A stretch of 64,000 nt of DNA, taken from the NCBI GenBank assembly GCA_964613815.1, contig CAZTKG010000001.1, positions 200,895 to 264,894 of the forward strand, in the 5' to 3' direction. The number at the start of each line of letters is the position of its first letter. Positions within the stretch are counted from its first letter, which is position 1. The position numbers and the translations under genes were made by a program. Below are positions 1 to 10,853 of this stretch, one piece after another. This stretch comes from an uncultured Gammaproteobacteria bacterium. Its GTDB lineage: Bacteria > Patescibacteriota > Patescibacteriia > UBA9934. The notes beneath the pieces are model-generated. The model was not told the DNA's origin. It saw only the letters and a list, made by a program, of their open reading frames with translations, and did not search any database.

Positions 1-478
1 GATCGCGTCTCTAGGACGAGCGTGTTTGCGTCGATGTCAACTTCGACAATTTCGCCTCCTGGGCCGCGATGGTGTCGTTTTGGTGCGTGATCGGACACGA
101 AACGTGCGACCATCTCTCCCTCATCTGACTCACCTCCTGCGATGAAGATCGTTGTGCCGACTTCGTAGTCTTCGAGATCTACGTCGTCTGGCTCGACATC
201 TTCAGCGACAAGCCTTGTGTCGTCTGTGATGGAGAAGGTGATTTGATCGCCTTCGACATACCCACGCTTTTCGAGCACCTTTTGAACCAGGTCTCGCTCG
301 GCAGTCAGGGAAATGGTTAATGTTGTATCTGTAACCTCTACGAGCTCTCCAGCGAATGGAATGCGATGCTTTGGCTTGTGATGCTTGCCGCCTTCTGCTG
401 CGAATGACAGAGAAGGAATGGCCATAAGACTAAACACCGGAATAAAGATCGCTGATGTGATGAGCTTTTTTGGTGACA
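1..478 (-). CDS. Partial secreted hypothetical protein (5' end in window, 3' end beyond position 1)
   Basis: Manual reverse-strand translation from ATG at 478..476 (MSPKKLITSAIFIPVFSLMAIPSLSFAAEGG...) stays open to position 1. N-terminal signal-peptide-like hydrophobic stretch and internal repeated motif (EVTDTTLTISL / EVDIDANTLVLE). Not in ORF track because no stop lies in the window. Confidence 0.5.
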
Positions 479-580
479 TAGATTGATTTTAAGATTAATG
501 CGCTGGGCACCGCGGCCGCTAGTGCCTGTGCGTACGGAATGTTTTACACGCGTGATGATGAGATGTTACGAATTGCAGCG

Positions 581-589
581 TGATATAAT
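581..589 (+). promoter_or_regulatory. Extended -10 element (TGaTATAAT) immediately upstream of the 596 start; implies leaderless or very short-leader transcript
   Basis: Sequence cgTGaTATAATgagggtATGG; TATAAT at 584-589, TG at 581-582, ATG at 596. No clear -35. Confidence 0.3.
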
Positions 590-595
590 GAGGGT

Positions 596-1120
596 ATGGA
601 ATCTGAAGCACTTGATAAGCTTGAGGGACTCTCTCAAGTTGTGGAGAACGTGTCTTTTTTGACGTGGGACCTCGTTGGCATCGTCGGGATCTTTGTGGCG
701 ATTTTGATCTACTCTTATACGGCTGGAAAGGAGGAGTCTATTCCGATGATGGTCGCCGGGTACGCAGCTGGATTTGTTTTTACGTTCTCTTCTCACTTTT
801 CGATGATTACGGATCGGTTTAGCGGAGAGCCTTGGATGGTTTCCGGGATTGCGCTGTTTGTGTTGTTTGCGGCGTTCTTTTGGATTATTAAGACGAATAG
901 CTTTTTTGAGCCCTATGTTGTGCCGACGGGCTATGAAATTGCGACGTTTACGGTTGGGGTCGTGGGGCTTTTGATTGCGGTTGGACTGACGGCGGTTCCG
1001 GATGATCTTGCTGCGACGCTATCCCCTATTGTTCGAACGGGGTTTATGAGCGAGATTGCGACGACGGTGTGGGCGCTCGTGCCAGTTGGGACATGGATTA
1101 TTCTTCGGGGGGATGACTAG
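596..1120 (+). CDS. Hypothetical integral membrane protein (4-5 predicted TM helices)
   Basis: 174-aa ORF with several long hydrophobic segments (IVGIFVAILIYSY, GYAAGFVFTF, GIALFVLFAAFFWII, VGVVGLLIAVGL). No recognisable family. Confidence 0.55.
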   Translation: MESEALDKLEGLSQVVENVSFLTWDLVGIVGIFVAILIYSYTAGKEESIPMMVAGYAAGFVFTFSSHFSMITDRFSGEPWMVSGIALFVLFAAFFWIIKTNSFFEPYVVPTGYEIATFTVGVVGLLIAVGLTAVPDDLAATLSPIVRTGFMSEIATTVWALVPVGTWIILRGDD

Positions 1121-1222
1121 ACAAATAGCGTTTTCTGATGTAGATTGAGTGCTCGTAACAAAATCTGGGCAGTAGGGTAAGGCTAAACCGTAACCTTATT
1201 CTGGAATCGCCCTCGTTTTTCT

Positions 1223-1762
1223 ATGCTTACACGAGCGCTTCAAAAAGAATTTGATAAGTTTTACGCCACGCACTTAGACCGCGTGTATCGATTTGTTTTC
1301 TTTCGGGTAAAGATGAACAAGGATGTTGCAGAAGACCTCACGAGCGAGATCTTCATGAAGGCCTTGAAGCACTTTGCAAAGTACGATCCCAAACGGTCGC
1401 AAGTTGCTTGGATCATGACGATTGCGCGGAACCATGTCATCAATCATTATCGCGATACAAAGGAAACGTGCGATGTTGATGAACTTGCGTTTAAGCTTCC
1501 CGGGGAAGATGGTCGCAAAGTCCTTGAATCGATGAACGACACGATGCTCGTTCAAGAAGCGATCCTGCAGCTAAAGCCGAAGGATCGAAAGATTATTGAA
1601 ATGAAGTATTTGCAAGGCTATCGCTATAAAGAGATCGCCGAAATGCTTAACAAGACCGCTGGTGCTGTGCGGATCGAATCGCACCGAGCGATGAAGAAAT
1701 TGCGATCTATTTTAGAAAAACCCTATGCCGTGTACCGAAAAACAACTAAAGAAGCTGCGTAA
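1223..1762 (+). CDS. RNA polymerase sigma factor, sigma-70 family ECF subgroup
   Basis: 179 aa; region-2-like (DLTSEIFMKALKHF...ARNHVINHYRD) and region-4 HTH (LQGYRYKEIAEMLNKTAGAVRIESHRAMKKLR) typical of ECF sigma factors. Confidence 0.85.
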   Translation: MLTRALQKEFDKFYATHLDRVYRFVFFRVKMNKDVAEDLTSEIFMKALKHFAKYDPKRSQVAWIMTIARNHVINHYRDTKETCDVDELAFKLPGEDGRKVLESMNDTMLVQEAILQLKPKDRKIIEMKYLQGYRYKEIAEMLNKTAGAVRIESHRAMKKLRSILEKPYAVYRKTTKEAA

Positions 1763-2453
1763 AGCGAGCAAGCCGAATCGACGATTTAAGCGTGTTCTCA
1801 AGTCTCAACTTCGACTTGAGATGCGTGACACGTACCCGCTTTTTGTCCCTGCCTGGCCTCGGCTTTTGGTGGCACCGACGGCGATTTTTGTCTTGGTGTT
1901 TACCATGGGCGTTGGGAGCTTTGCGTATGCGAGTCCGTCGGTCACGGATAGTCATCCGCTTTATGTCGTCAAAACCGGCATTGAGTCCGTGGAAGGCATG
2001 ATGCATCGGTCGCCCGGCGCGAAGGCTCAATATCATGCACGTATGATGGAGCGACGACTCGCCGAAGGTGAACGAGAACATTCCTTGAAACAGCTTAGCG
2101 AGCGGCATATCGATGAGATCGCGCATCAGTTTTCAAATGTTATTACACACGTGAGCACCGCAAGCGCCGACACTACAGAACGTGATCAAATCGTCACACA
2201 ACTTCAATCGCAGGTTGCTCGGTACGACTATCTCATGCAGCTTGTTGAAGCGGAAAGCGAAGTTGACACGCGAGCTGAGATGCACCTGTGGGTGAGCGAA
2301 AGTGAGCTAAGTGATGATCAAAAACGAGCCCTTTATGAGCACTTGAAGCATACGGCGGCCGAGGCGGCTGTAGATGTGGGAGATGTTGACCAGTTTATTT
2401 CTCCGGAGTTACGAGGAGATCGAGGGGACGTGCCCCGTGTCAGATTTCAATAA
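1725..2453 (+). CDS. Putative anti-sigma factor / membrane-anchored partner of the ECF sigma (DUF5667-like architecture)
   Basis: Overlaps sigma gene by 38 nt (translational coupling). Short basic N-terminus, one TM helix (LLVAPTAIFVLVFTMGVGSFAYA), extracytoplasmic helical C-terminal domain. Call rests on gene order and topology only. Confidence 0.45.
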   Translation: MPCTEKQLKKLRKASKPNRRFKRVLKSQLRLEMRDTYPLFVPAWPRLLVAPTAIFVLVFTMGVGSFAYASPSVTDSHPLYVVKTGIESVEGMMHRSPGAKAQYHARMMERRLAEGEREHSLKQLSERHIDEIAHQFSNVITHVSTASADTTERDQIVTQLQSQVARYDYLMQLVEAESEVDTRAEMHLWVSESELSDDQKRALYEHLKHTAAEAAVDVGDVDQFISPELRGDRGDVPRVRFQ

Positions 2454-2485
2454 AAATATCGCCCGTGATTGGGCGATATTTTTAG
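2453..2485. terminator. Bidirectional rho-independent terminator between the convergent anti-sigma and dnaJ genes
   Basis: aaaatatcgccc-gtgatt-gggcgatatttt perfect 11-12-bp stem flanked by T/A runs on both strands. Confidence 0.5.
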
Positions 2486-3528
2486 ATCTTTAGATCCAGC
2501 TCTTCCATGAGCTTTTTTTGTTTTCTTGAGAGCTTCTTTGGCGTTACGACGTTGATGATGACAATCTGATCTCCCGCCGATCGGCCAGACTGGACGCCCT
2601 TTCCGCGAAGGCGAAGCTGATCTCCTGGCTGTGTTCCTGCGGGAATTTTTAGTTTTACTGATCCCTCGACGGTATCCACACTTACCTCATCGCCAAGTGC
2701 TGCCTGTGTGAATCCAATAGCCTTTTCGACATAGAGATCATTTCCATGCCGCTCGAATCTTGCGTCGTCGGTTACGCGAATGCGAATATAGAGATCTCCA
2801 GCTGGGCCGAGACTTCCGATAGATTCACCCTGACCTCGCACGCGGATTTTTACTCCTGTTTCTACGCCTGCAGGAAAATCTACTCTTAGTGTTTTTGATG
2901 CATGCACCGTTCCTGAACCCGAGCATGTCCCGCATTTCTTTTCTGGCTTCTCCCCTCTTCCGTTGCAGCTTGAACAGGAGACCCGCGACTTCATTGCTCC
3001 GAGAATCGTGCGCTGTATTGTCTCCTGCACACCTGATCCGTTGCAGATCTCACAGTTCTTCAGGGCTGACTCTGGTTCCCCACCTGTTCCCGCGCATCGT
3101 TCGCAGTTATCGTTTTTTGATAGTGAAATCTCCTTTTCTACGCCGAAGACAGACTCTTTAAAACTGATCGTGACATCTATTTGGATATCTGATCCTGATC
3201 TAGACCTTCGACCACGCGTTCGTCCGCCAAAGAAATCTCCAAATATATCCCCCAAGTCCTCGAAATGCATTCCCTGGAATCCTTGACCAAATCCGCCCAT
3301 CCCGCCAAAACCTTGCCCTCCTGGCCCTGCGGATCCGAATTGGTCGTACTGAGACCGCTTTGAATCATCCGAAAGAACCTGGTAGGCCTCGTTTATTTCC
3401 TTAAACTTCTCCGCGTCACCGCCCTTGTCTGGATGATGCTTATGCGCGAGGTTGCGAAAAGCACGCTTCATCTCATCTTTTGAAGCGCCTTTTTCTACCC
3501 CTAGAGTTTTGTAATAGTCTTTTGACAT
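2482..3528 (-). CDS. dnaJ: Molecular chaperone DnaJ
   Basis: J-domain with HPD (KDYYKTLGV...HKHHPDK), Gly/Phe-rich linker, four CxxCxGxG zinc-finger repeats, C-terminal substrate-binding domain. Confidence 0.95.
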   Translation of the reverse strand: MSKDYYKTLGVEKGASKDEMKRAFRNLAHKHHPDKGGDAEKFKEINEAYQVLSDDSKRSQYDQFGSAGPGGQGFGGMGGFGQGFQGMHFEDLGDIFGDFFGGRTRGRRSRSGSDIQIDVTISFKESVFGVEKEISLSKNDNCERCAGTGGEPESALKNCEICNGSGVQETIQRTILGAMKSRVSCSSCNGRGEKPEKKCGTCSGSGTVHASKTLRVDFPAGVETGVKIRVRGQGESIGSLGPAGDLYIRIRVTDDARFERHGNDLYVEKAIGFTQAALGDEVSVDTVEGSVKLKIPAGTQPGDQLRLRGKGVQSGRSAGDQIVIINVVTPKKLSRKQKKLMEELDLKI

Positions 3529-3537
3529 GTTTATTGT

Positions 3538-3996
3538 CTATTCTGTGATATCTACGACCTCCGGCTTTTCGATTACGATGTAATCTTTATACTTCATCTC
3601 AATGGAGTCTGTGAGACTTCCTGCGTTGAAGGTGATCTCTTCGTTCTCTGATAGCCGCCCGTCCATGTAGGTCTTGAGGCCTATAATGGAGCCAAATGGC
3701 GGAACTGATCCTCTTACGCACCCGGTGACATCGACCGGGTCTTTTGCAAAGGACGTGCGCTCCCCGATGATCGCTCGAAGTTTCTTACTGTCCAAGCGAG
3801 GATCGGCTGGCATGACGCAGGGTATGTGCTCCTTTGTCTTATTTCCTCTGATAACCAATGCCTTTGCGCCCTGATGCATGTCCGTACCACGCACCTCTGA
3901 AGCCTGTGCGCTTGTGACGACTGGCTCATGGTGATGTGTGGTGTATTTCGCCCCGTGATCCTCGAGAGCTTGCTTGATCTTTTCGAATACCGTCAT
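3538..3996 (-). CDS. YbaK/ProX-type aminoacyl-tRNA deacylase domain protein
   Basis: 152 aa; resemblance to the YbaK/EbsC family (HEPVVTSAQASEVRG...KALVIRGNK...VPPFG). Sits inside the heat-shock operon between dnaK and dnaJ. Confidence 0.65.
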   Translation of the reverse strand: MTVFEKIKQALEDHGAKYTTHHHEPVVTSAQASEVRGTDMHQGAKALVIRGNKTKEHIPCVMPADPRLDSKKLRAIIGERTSFAKDPVDVTGCVRGSVPPFGSIIGLKTYMDGRLSENEEITFNAGSLTDSIEMKYKDYIVIEKPEVVDITE

Positions 3997-3997
3997 G

Positions 3998-4150
3998 TTA
4001 GTCGTTTTTTATGATTCTTGCTTTCACGTCAACAACTTTTTCCGCGGCCTTGCGCCTAGCTCTACGCCAAATGCGCTTTGCAATCTGTTTGAAGGTCCAT
4101 GCCGCGAGCGTGAATAGCCCGCGGCGGATCCATTTAAAGATGTTTGCCAT
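3998..4150 (-). CDS. Unannotated 50-aa small basic protein (MANIFKWIRRGLFTLAAWTFKQIAKRIWRRARRKAAEKVVDVKARIIKND)
   Basis: Hand-translated from ATG 4150..4148 to TAA 4000..3998. AGGAGG Shine-Dalgarno directly upstream (caggaggatATG). Fills the 169-nt gap between dnaK and the ybaK-like gene. Amphipathic, Trp/Arg-rich. Below the 60-aa cutoff of the ORF track. Confidence 0.4.
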   Translation of the reverse strand: MANIFKWIRRGLFTLAAWTFKQIAKRIWRRARRKAAEKVVDVKARIIKND

Positions 4151-4165
4151 ATCCTCCTGTTCCGA

Positions 4166-6094
<1,929 letters not shown>

Positions 6095-6586
6095 TTATTT
6101 TTCAGTTTTTTGAGAATTGATGATGACTTTTGCTGGGCGGATGATTTGATCCCCTGCTTTCCACCCTGTTTGAACTTCTTCTATGACGTGCTGGTCTGGC
6201 AGTTCCTGATCTTCGCGTTCGCCTGCGGATTCATGCTGGGCAGGATCGAACGCCTCCCCTACTGTCTTGATGCGCTCCAGTCCGATTGATGCCATCGCTT
6301 CATCGAACTGTTTTGCGATGAAGAGCACGCCTTGAAGCCAGTTTTGCACGTCCTTGTTTAGATCTTCGCTGTCCGGCGCGTGGTTTGTGGCCACTTGGAA
6401 ATTGTCGATCACCGGGAGCAATGCATGCGCGAGAGATATTGATAGCGCTCGTCGCTGATCCACCTTCGCCGCCGAGAGATCGTTCTTGAGATTCTCGTAG
6501 TCGGCAAGGGCGCGCTTCCAGCCAGCTAAATACTCTTCGTTCTTTGCTTTTAGTTCGTCGATGACTTTGATTTTGAGTTTTGGCAT
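6095..6586 (-). CDS. grpE: Nucleotide exchange factor GrpE
   Basis: 163 aa coiled-coil N-terminus plus GrpE C-terminal beta domain. Position between hrcA and dnaK with 3-6-nt gaps. Confidence 0.9.
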   Translation of the reverse strand: MPKLKIKVIDELKAKNEEYLAGWKRALADYENLKNDLSAAKVDQRRALSISLAHALLPVIDNFQVATNHAPDSEDLNKDVQNWLQGVLFIAKQFDEAMASIGLERIKTVGEAFDPAQHESAGEREDQELPDQHVIEEVQTGWKAGDQIIRPAKVIINSQKTEK

Positions 6587-6589
6587 AGT

Positions 6590-7276
6590 TTATTGAGATT
6601 CTAGGATGTCACGGGCCTGCTCTAGGAGTTTTATGTTGCGTCGGTAGTTCATGCGCATTGGACCCACTAGCCCCAGGATTCCCGTTACGCCGTTTGACAT
6701 GGTGTATTTGACCATGACTGCGGCCATTTGCTTATTGAATGGATTTTCTTGGCCCATCCAGACGTTTGTTTCGCTTTTGACGCTTGGGAACAGCTCTCTG
6801 AGCGTGACGTCGAACTTGTCTACGGCGTTTGAGATGAGACGAAGTGTTTGGATGTCTTCGAACTCCGGCTTAGAGAAGAGTTGGGAAATTCCACTGTAAT
6901 GACTCCAGCCTGTCTCGAGGCTTGCTAGCGCAGTTTCTCCTGATAGTCGCATGAGGCAGTGCGTGATCTCTCGGACGAGCTCGTGAGCGTTTTCGTAGCT
7001 AAGCTCTGCGTTCATACCTTCGATTGGCGCCTGCTGATGCATTGTTTCGCGAAGATAGAGGCGATACCCTTTCTCTGTTGGAACGCGGCCGGATGATGTG
7101 TGTGGCTGACGAATGTAGCCAAGGTCTTCTAGGCGCGCCATCTCGTTTCTGATGGTCGCGGATGAGACACCAAAATCATACGCATTAACGAGGGCGCGCG
7201 AGGCAATTGGCTGCGCGGTCTCTACGTATGTTTCTATAATGGCGTTGAGTATTTGACGTTGTCGCTCTGTGAGCAT
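6590..7276 (-). CDS. hrcA: Heat-inducible transcription repressor HrcA (short form)
   Basis: N-terminal winged-helix ([29 protein letters not shown]...[18 protein letters not shown]). CIRCE operator immediately upstream. The ORF-track start at 7282 is a TTG; the ATG at 7276 is preferred. About 228 aa, shorter than typical HrcA. Confidence 0.85.
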   Translation of the reverse strand: MLTERQRQILNAIIETYVETAQPIASRALVNAYDFGVSSATIRNEMARLEDLGYIRQPHTSSGRVPTEKGYRLYLRETMHQQAPIEGMNAELSYENAHELVREITHCLMRLSGETALASLETGWSHYSGISQLFSKPEFEDIQTLRLISNAVDKFDVTLRELFPSVKSETNVWMGQENPFNKQMAAVMVKYTMSNGVTGILGLVGPMRMNYRRNIKLLEQARDILESQ

Positions 7277-7283
7277 AAACAAA

Positions 7284-7310
7284 TTAGCAGTCTCAATTGT
7301 AGACTGCTAA
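7284..7310. promoter_or_regulatory. CIRCE operator (HrcA binding site)
   Basis: TTAGCAGTC-N9-GACTGCTAA perfect 9-N9-9 inverted repeat; consensus is TTAGCACTC-N9-GAGTGCTAA. Located 8 nt upstream of the hrcA start. Confidence 0.85.
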
Positions 7311-7324
7311 TTTATATTCGTCAA
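7296..7324 (-). promoter_or_regulatory. Sigma-70-like promoter of the hrcA-grpE-dnaK operon overlapping CIRCE
   Basis: On the minus strand TTGACG (7324..7319), 17-nt spacer, TACAAT (7301..7296). The -10 lies inside the CIRCE spacer, the classic arrangement. Confidence 0.5.
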
Positions 7325-7389
7325 GTTTGTCTTCTCCCACCTCGTCACTCACTCCCCCCATCTCGAGCGAAGTCGAAAGATCTTGCCCT

Positions 7390-8142
7390 CTATGCCGCGC
7401 CTTTTGCGAGTTTTTTCTTGAGTTCCGCGATCCTGTGCTGCGCGGAATCGATCTGTTCTCTTCGAATGTTTGCCGCATTTGACTGCCCCTCTCCTTGTTG
7501 TGTGAGTTTGTCTAGGGTCTGCTGCAATTGAGCTATTCGTGTTTCGTGCGCCAAAATTTCTTCGTTGACGTTCTCTGCAGACTCGTAGCCCGTTTCGTTT
7601 CGTACCACTGATCTACGTTCTGCCTGTCGCGACATGCCCCGAGCATGCACTCTGCGCTGAGCTGCGAGCAGTCCAACGATATGATCCCTGGTAAGCCCTG
7701 CCGCCACCAAAGCTTCCTGCTGCTGCCGTGTCGCACCCCCTTGTTCACTCATGAGGCCGTTTGCGAGTGCATAGTCCATCCACTGCCCCCAAGCCTCTCG
7801 GTCACGCTCTGCTTGGCGTTCCCGTGATGAAATTGGGCCTCGTTCTTGATCTCTTGCCACCTGTGCGTCCATTGCCTTCACGCGCGCCATGTATTCTTGC
7901 TGCGCTGCCGCCTGCTGATCTGGCGTCTGTGTCTCGCCGAGCGCCTCAAGCGCTTTGCCGCGGGCAGCCGCTGCCTGCGCTGTATCTGTCTCTGCGCTTT
8001 TGAACAGCGCGGACTTTAGCCTGGCCCACATTCCCTTCTCTTGCTTCGCATCGGCCGCAGCTGGCTTTGGCTGCTGTTCTTGCTTGCTTTCGAAGGCTTC
8101 TGGATTCACTGTTCCTGACTCTGGTTTCCCTGCCATACGCAT
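7390..8142 (-). CDS. Hypothetical Ala/Gln-rich coiled-coil protein
   Basis: 250-aa ORF, low complexity with heptad-like stretches, no recognisable domain. Its 3' end abuts a solo family-1 repeat arm. Confidence 0.45.
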   Translation of the reverse strand: MRMAGKPESGTVNPEAFESKQEQQPKPAAADAKQEKGMWARLKSALFKSAETDTAQAAAARGKALEALGETQTPDQQAAAQQEYMARVKAMDAQVARDQERGPISSRERQAERDREAWGQWMDYALANGLMSEQGGATRQQQEALVAAGLTRDHIVGLLAAQRRVHARGMSRQAERRSVVRNETGYESAENVNEEILAHETRIAQLQQTLDKLTQQGEGQSNAANIRREQIDSAQHRIAELKKKLAKGAA

Positions 8143-8150
8143 AAAATAGA

Positions 8151-9818
8151 TTATTTAGCTCCTGCGAGCTGCTTCTTTTTGGCGGTTGACCACGAGGAAG
8201 CATTAAGCTTTTTGCGAGTTAGTAGTTGAGAGAAGTGCTCTCCACTGAGCATATTTGGCACAATGACGAACATTGCCCCCATTTCGTACATCTTTGCCAC
8301 GTCTGATGTTTTCTTTACCGTCACCACCACCTTCACCTTTGATTTTCGTGACTTCTTGTAGCTTAGGATATCTTGATTGATCTGGATATCTGGGATTGTG
8401 GATACAATCAGCTTTGCTTTTCCTGCCTGAATGGAGTCTAGGAACTCTTCGTTTCCAACATCTCCGTAGACATTTGGAATGCCCTTTTCTGAGAGCTCTG
8501 CCTGGAGGACTGGGTTGAAGTCGGCGACTGTGTAATTCTTTGTCATCTTTTTGATGGCTGGGAGAAGGGTCTCGCCCATGCCCTGGTAGCCGAAGAGGAG
8601 GACTTCGCTTGCTGGGGACTTTCGCTTCCTCTTTTCGATCTTTCCGACGCCCATCCATGAGAAGAGAAATTCTAACTTATCGTAAAGGAGTTCGTTGTAG
8701 GAAATGAGATAGGTGGAGAGTGTGATGGTGATGATGGCGACTAAGGTTGCCATGCTGACGATAGCGGGAGCGACAAGACCAACGGAAACAGCTGCAGCGA
8801 GGATAATGAAGGAGAATTCGCTGATTTGGGCGAGTGTGACGCCGGTGAGGAACCCTGCTCTTGGGTGATAGCCGAAGGCGCGGAGGATAAGGAGGAGGAT
8901 GATTGGGTTTCCGATGAGAACGAAGAGGCTGAAGATGATGGACTCATCGATGAAGCCGGTGATGTCGGAGAATGTGAGCTGGGTGCCGAGAATGATGAAG
9001 AAAATGATGAGGAAGAAGTCTCTGAGCGGACGGACGCGGCTGTTGATTTCTGACTGGAAGCCTGTTGATGCGAGGGAGACCCCTGCGAGAAGCGCGCCGA
9101 TTTCGATCCCGAATCCGATGAGGTGGAGGACGCTTGCGAGGGCGAAGCACCAACTAATAGCGACGAGGAAGAGAAGTTCTTGGTTGCGCGCAGCGTAGCG
9201 CATGAGGTGTGGGAGGATCCACTTTGCCGCAAGGTAGAGGAGGAAGAGGACGGCCGCTCCCTTGAGGAGAACGAAGGTGATGGCTCCTGTTAATGATCCT
9301 GATTCTGCGCCGAGACTGCTAATGACGAGCAGCGTGATCATAGCGACAAGGTCCTGGATGAGGAGGATGCCGATGCTGATACGGCCGTAGAAACGGTCTA
9401 GGTCTTCTTTGTCTGACAGGAGCTTTACGATGACGATCGTGCTTGAGAGGGCGAAGGCGAGGCCGAGGAGGAGAGCTGTTTGGGCGTGGAAGCCTAAGAG
9501 AAGGGCGATGCCGAAGCCTGCTAGGGTGGTAAAGAGAACTTGGCCTAGGCCTCCTATTATAGCGATCTTTCCGACGTCTTTTGCTTGTTGCCAGTGCAGG
9601 TTGAGCCCGACCAGGAACAACAAGAAAGCGATGCCGATTTCGCTTAGGGACTCGAACATGTGAGCTGACCCCGCTTCTGCGAGGAGATTTGGCCCGATTA
9701 ACAGCCCTGTAAGGATGTATGCGATGATGAGTGGCTGCTTGAGCCTGTATACGAGAAGGGATACGACGCCAGCCGTTACGATGACTGCGCCCATCTCGAT
9801 AAATGCCATGTCGATCAT
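8151..9818 (-). CDS. Cation:proton antiporter (CPA2/Kef-type) with C-terminal RCK/TrkA-N domain
   Basis: About 12 TM helices typical of the Na+/H+ exchanger fold, followed by a Rossmann-like RCK segment (EVLLFGYQGMGETLLPAIKK...). Confidence 0.85.
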   Translation of the reverse strand: MIDMAFIEMGAVIVTAGVVSLLVYRLKQPLIIAYILTGLLIGPNLLAEAGSAHMFESLSEIGIAFLLFLVGLNLHWQQAKDVGKIAIIGGLGQVLFTTLAGFGIALLLGFHAQTALLLGLAFALSSTIVIVKLLSDKEDLDRFYGRISIGILLIQDLVAMITLLVISSLGAESGSLTGAITFVLLKGAAVLFLLYLAAKWILPHLMRYAARNQELLFLVAISWCFALASVLHLIGFGIEIGALLAGVSLASTGFQSEINSRVRPLRDFFLIIFFIILGTQLTFSDITGFIDESIIFSLFVLIGNPIILLLILRAFGYHPRAGFLTGVTLAQISEFSFIILAAAVSVGLVAPAIVSMATLVAIITITLSTYLISYNELLYDKLEFLFSWMGVGKIEKRKRKSPASEVLLFGYQGMGETLLPAIKKMTKNYTVADFNPVLQAELSEKGIPNVYGDVGNEEFLDSIQAGKAKLIVSTIPDIQINQDILSYKKSRKSKVKVVVTVKKTSDVAKMYEMGAMFVIVPNMLSGEHFSQLLTRKKLNASSWSTAKKKQLAGAK

Positions 9819-10138
9819 TTGTTCTTTTTTACAGTGTGTTCAATAACTCGTGCGAGGTGTTCTCCGTAGATAATCTCGGTCACAAGCCCTATGCCAATGA
9901 CGAAGTATGGAACAGCGGATAGCATGAAAAATGTGGATAACAAACGAGACCCTGACTGCGTGACAGCCAAGTCGCCATATCCGACGGTGGTGATAGTAGC
10001 TACCGTGTAGTACAGCGCGTCGATCGCGGTCCACCCCTCTAGGAACATAAACGCTGCGGTTCCTCCTAGAATCATGCAAATAAGCACGAGAATGAAAACG
10101 ATGAAGCGCGCGCTTGTGAGAAACTTCGGCGCGAGCAT
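9815..10138 (-). CDS. Two-TM potassium channel pore protein (TVGYGD selectivity filter)
   Basis: 107 aa: TM1, pore helix, selectivity filter TTVGYGD, TM2. Stop overlaps the start of the downstream CPA2/RCK gene (ATGA). Confidence 0.8.
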   Translation of the reverse strand: MLAPKFLTSARFIVFILVLICMILGGTAAFMFLEGWTAIDALYYTVATITTVGYGDLAVTQSGSRLLSTFFMLSAVPYFVIGIGLVTEIIYGEHLARVIEHTVKKNK

Positions 10139-10221
10139 ATGTGCTCCATTATATCATAATTCTTCTCCGTCATTGCGAGCGCAGCGCGGCAATCTCAATC
10201 CAAATAACCGCCTTCTCATCT

Positions 10222-10296
10222 CCCATCTCGACCTTGTGGAGAGATCCTGGTTCTGCCCTCGATTTCTTCAGATCTCTCCACGTTGGTCGAGATGGG
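10222..10296. repeat. Family-1 palindromic repeat, copy B
   Basis: Arm cccatctcgaccttgtggagagatc, 24-nt loop, inverted arm gatctctccacgttggtcgagatggg. Confidence 0.85.
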
Positions 10297-10351
10297 ACTA
10301 TTAGCCCCTTAAATGACAAAGAAAAAATCACCCCCTGTGGGTGATTGATGT

Positions 10352-10732
10352 CTAGGCTTCGGACTGAGCAGCCGAGAGTATGGACTCGAGGTCCCGAACC
10401 GTCATCTTGACGTCCTGAGTAGTATTGCTCGAATGGCAGTTGATGGCCAGTGAGTCACTTGCTATACCGAGCGCTCTCTCGAATGCGCGCAACCTCAGGT
10501 CGTTTTCCGCGCTCTCGCTGTTCTTGCCGACCTCGACAACCAGCACTTTGGTGTCGAGATTTATCTGCTCACCGAGTCGCTTGATGAGCTGATCGGCAGC
10601 TTGATCTGCCCACTCATTCCTCTCGTGGATCTTGCGTATTTCATCGACCTTCTCGAGCGCTTGTCTTCTTCGCGACATCCTTCCTCCCATGAAAGAACGC
10701 CTCATCCTTGCACGAGCTCTCGATCTTGTCAA
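10352..10732 (-). CDS. Hypothetical protein (GC-rich patch)
   Basis: 126-aa ORF; the N-terminal Arg-rich stretch suggests the true start is further in. No recognisable domain. Confidence 0.3.
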   Translation of the reverse strand: MTRSRARARMRRSFMGGRMSRRRQALEKVDEIRKIHERNEWADQAADQLIKRLGEQINLDTKVLVVEVGKNSESAENDLRLRAFERALGIASDSLAINCHSSNTTQDVKMTVRDLESILSAAQSEA

Positions 10733-10853
10733 GGCCGTCCCCCTCTGTCATCCAGAGCGAAGCGTGGGATCCATTCGGGCGGCACTGCTGACATGAACCG
10801 ACGTCGATCATGAGCACGCCTGCATCCCGAATGGATCCTTCGCTGCGCTCAGG

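Noticed and set aside
566-796. 76-aa minus-strand ORF overlapping the 596..1120 membrane-protein gene
   Set aside because: Entirely antisense to a better-supported gene; Arg/His-rich low-complexity translation.
1121-1222. Possible ECF-type autoregulatory promoter upstream of the sigma gene (GGAAT...CTATGC)
   Set aside because: The match to the GGAAC-N16/17-CGTC type consensus is poor and the spacing to the start codon is too short to be convincing.
7293-7478. Short ORFs translating repeat copies (7293..7478, 17366..17599, 39858..40061, 39898..40089, 32395..32607, 13943..14329), sharing peptides such as STSLEMGG and SRLRSRWE
   Set aside because: The shared peptides arise from reading the same palindromic repeat in different loci. 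There are no RBS or start signals, so they are not a protein family.
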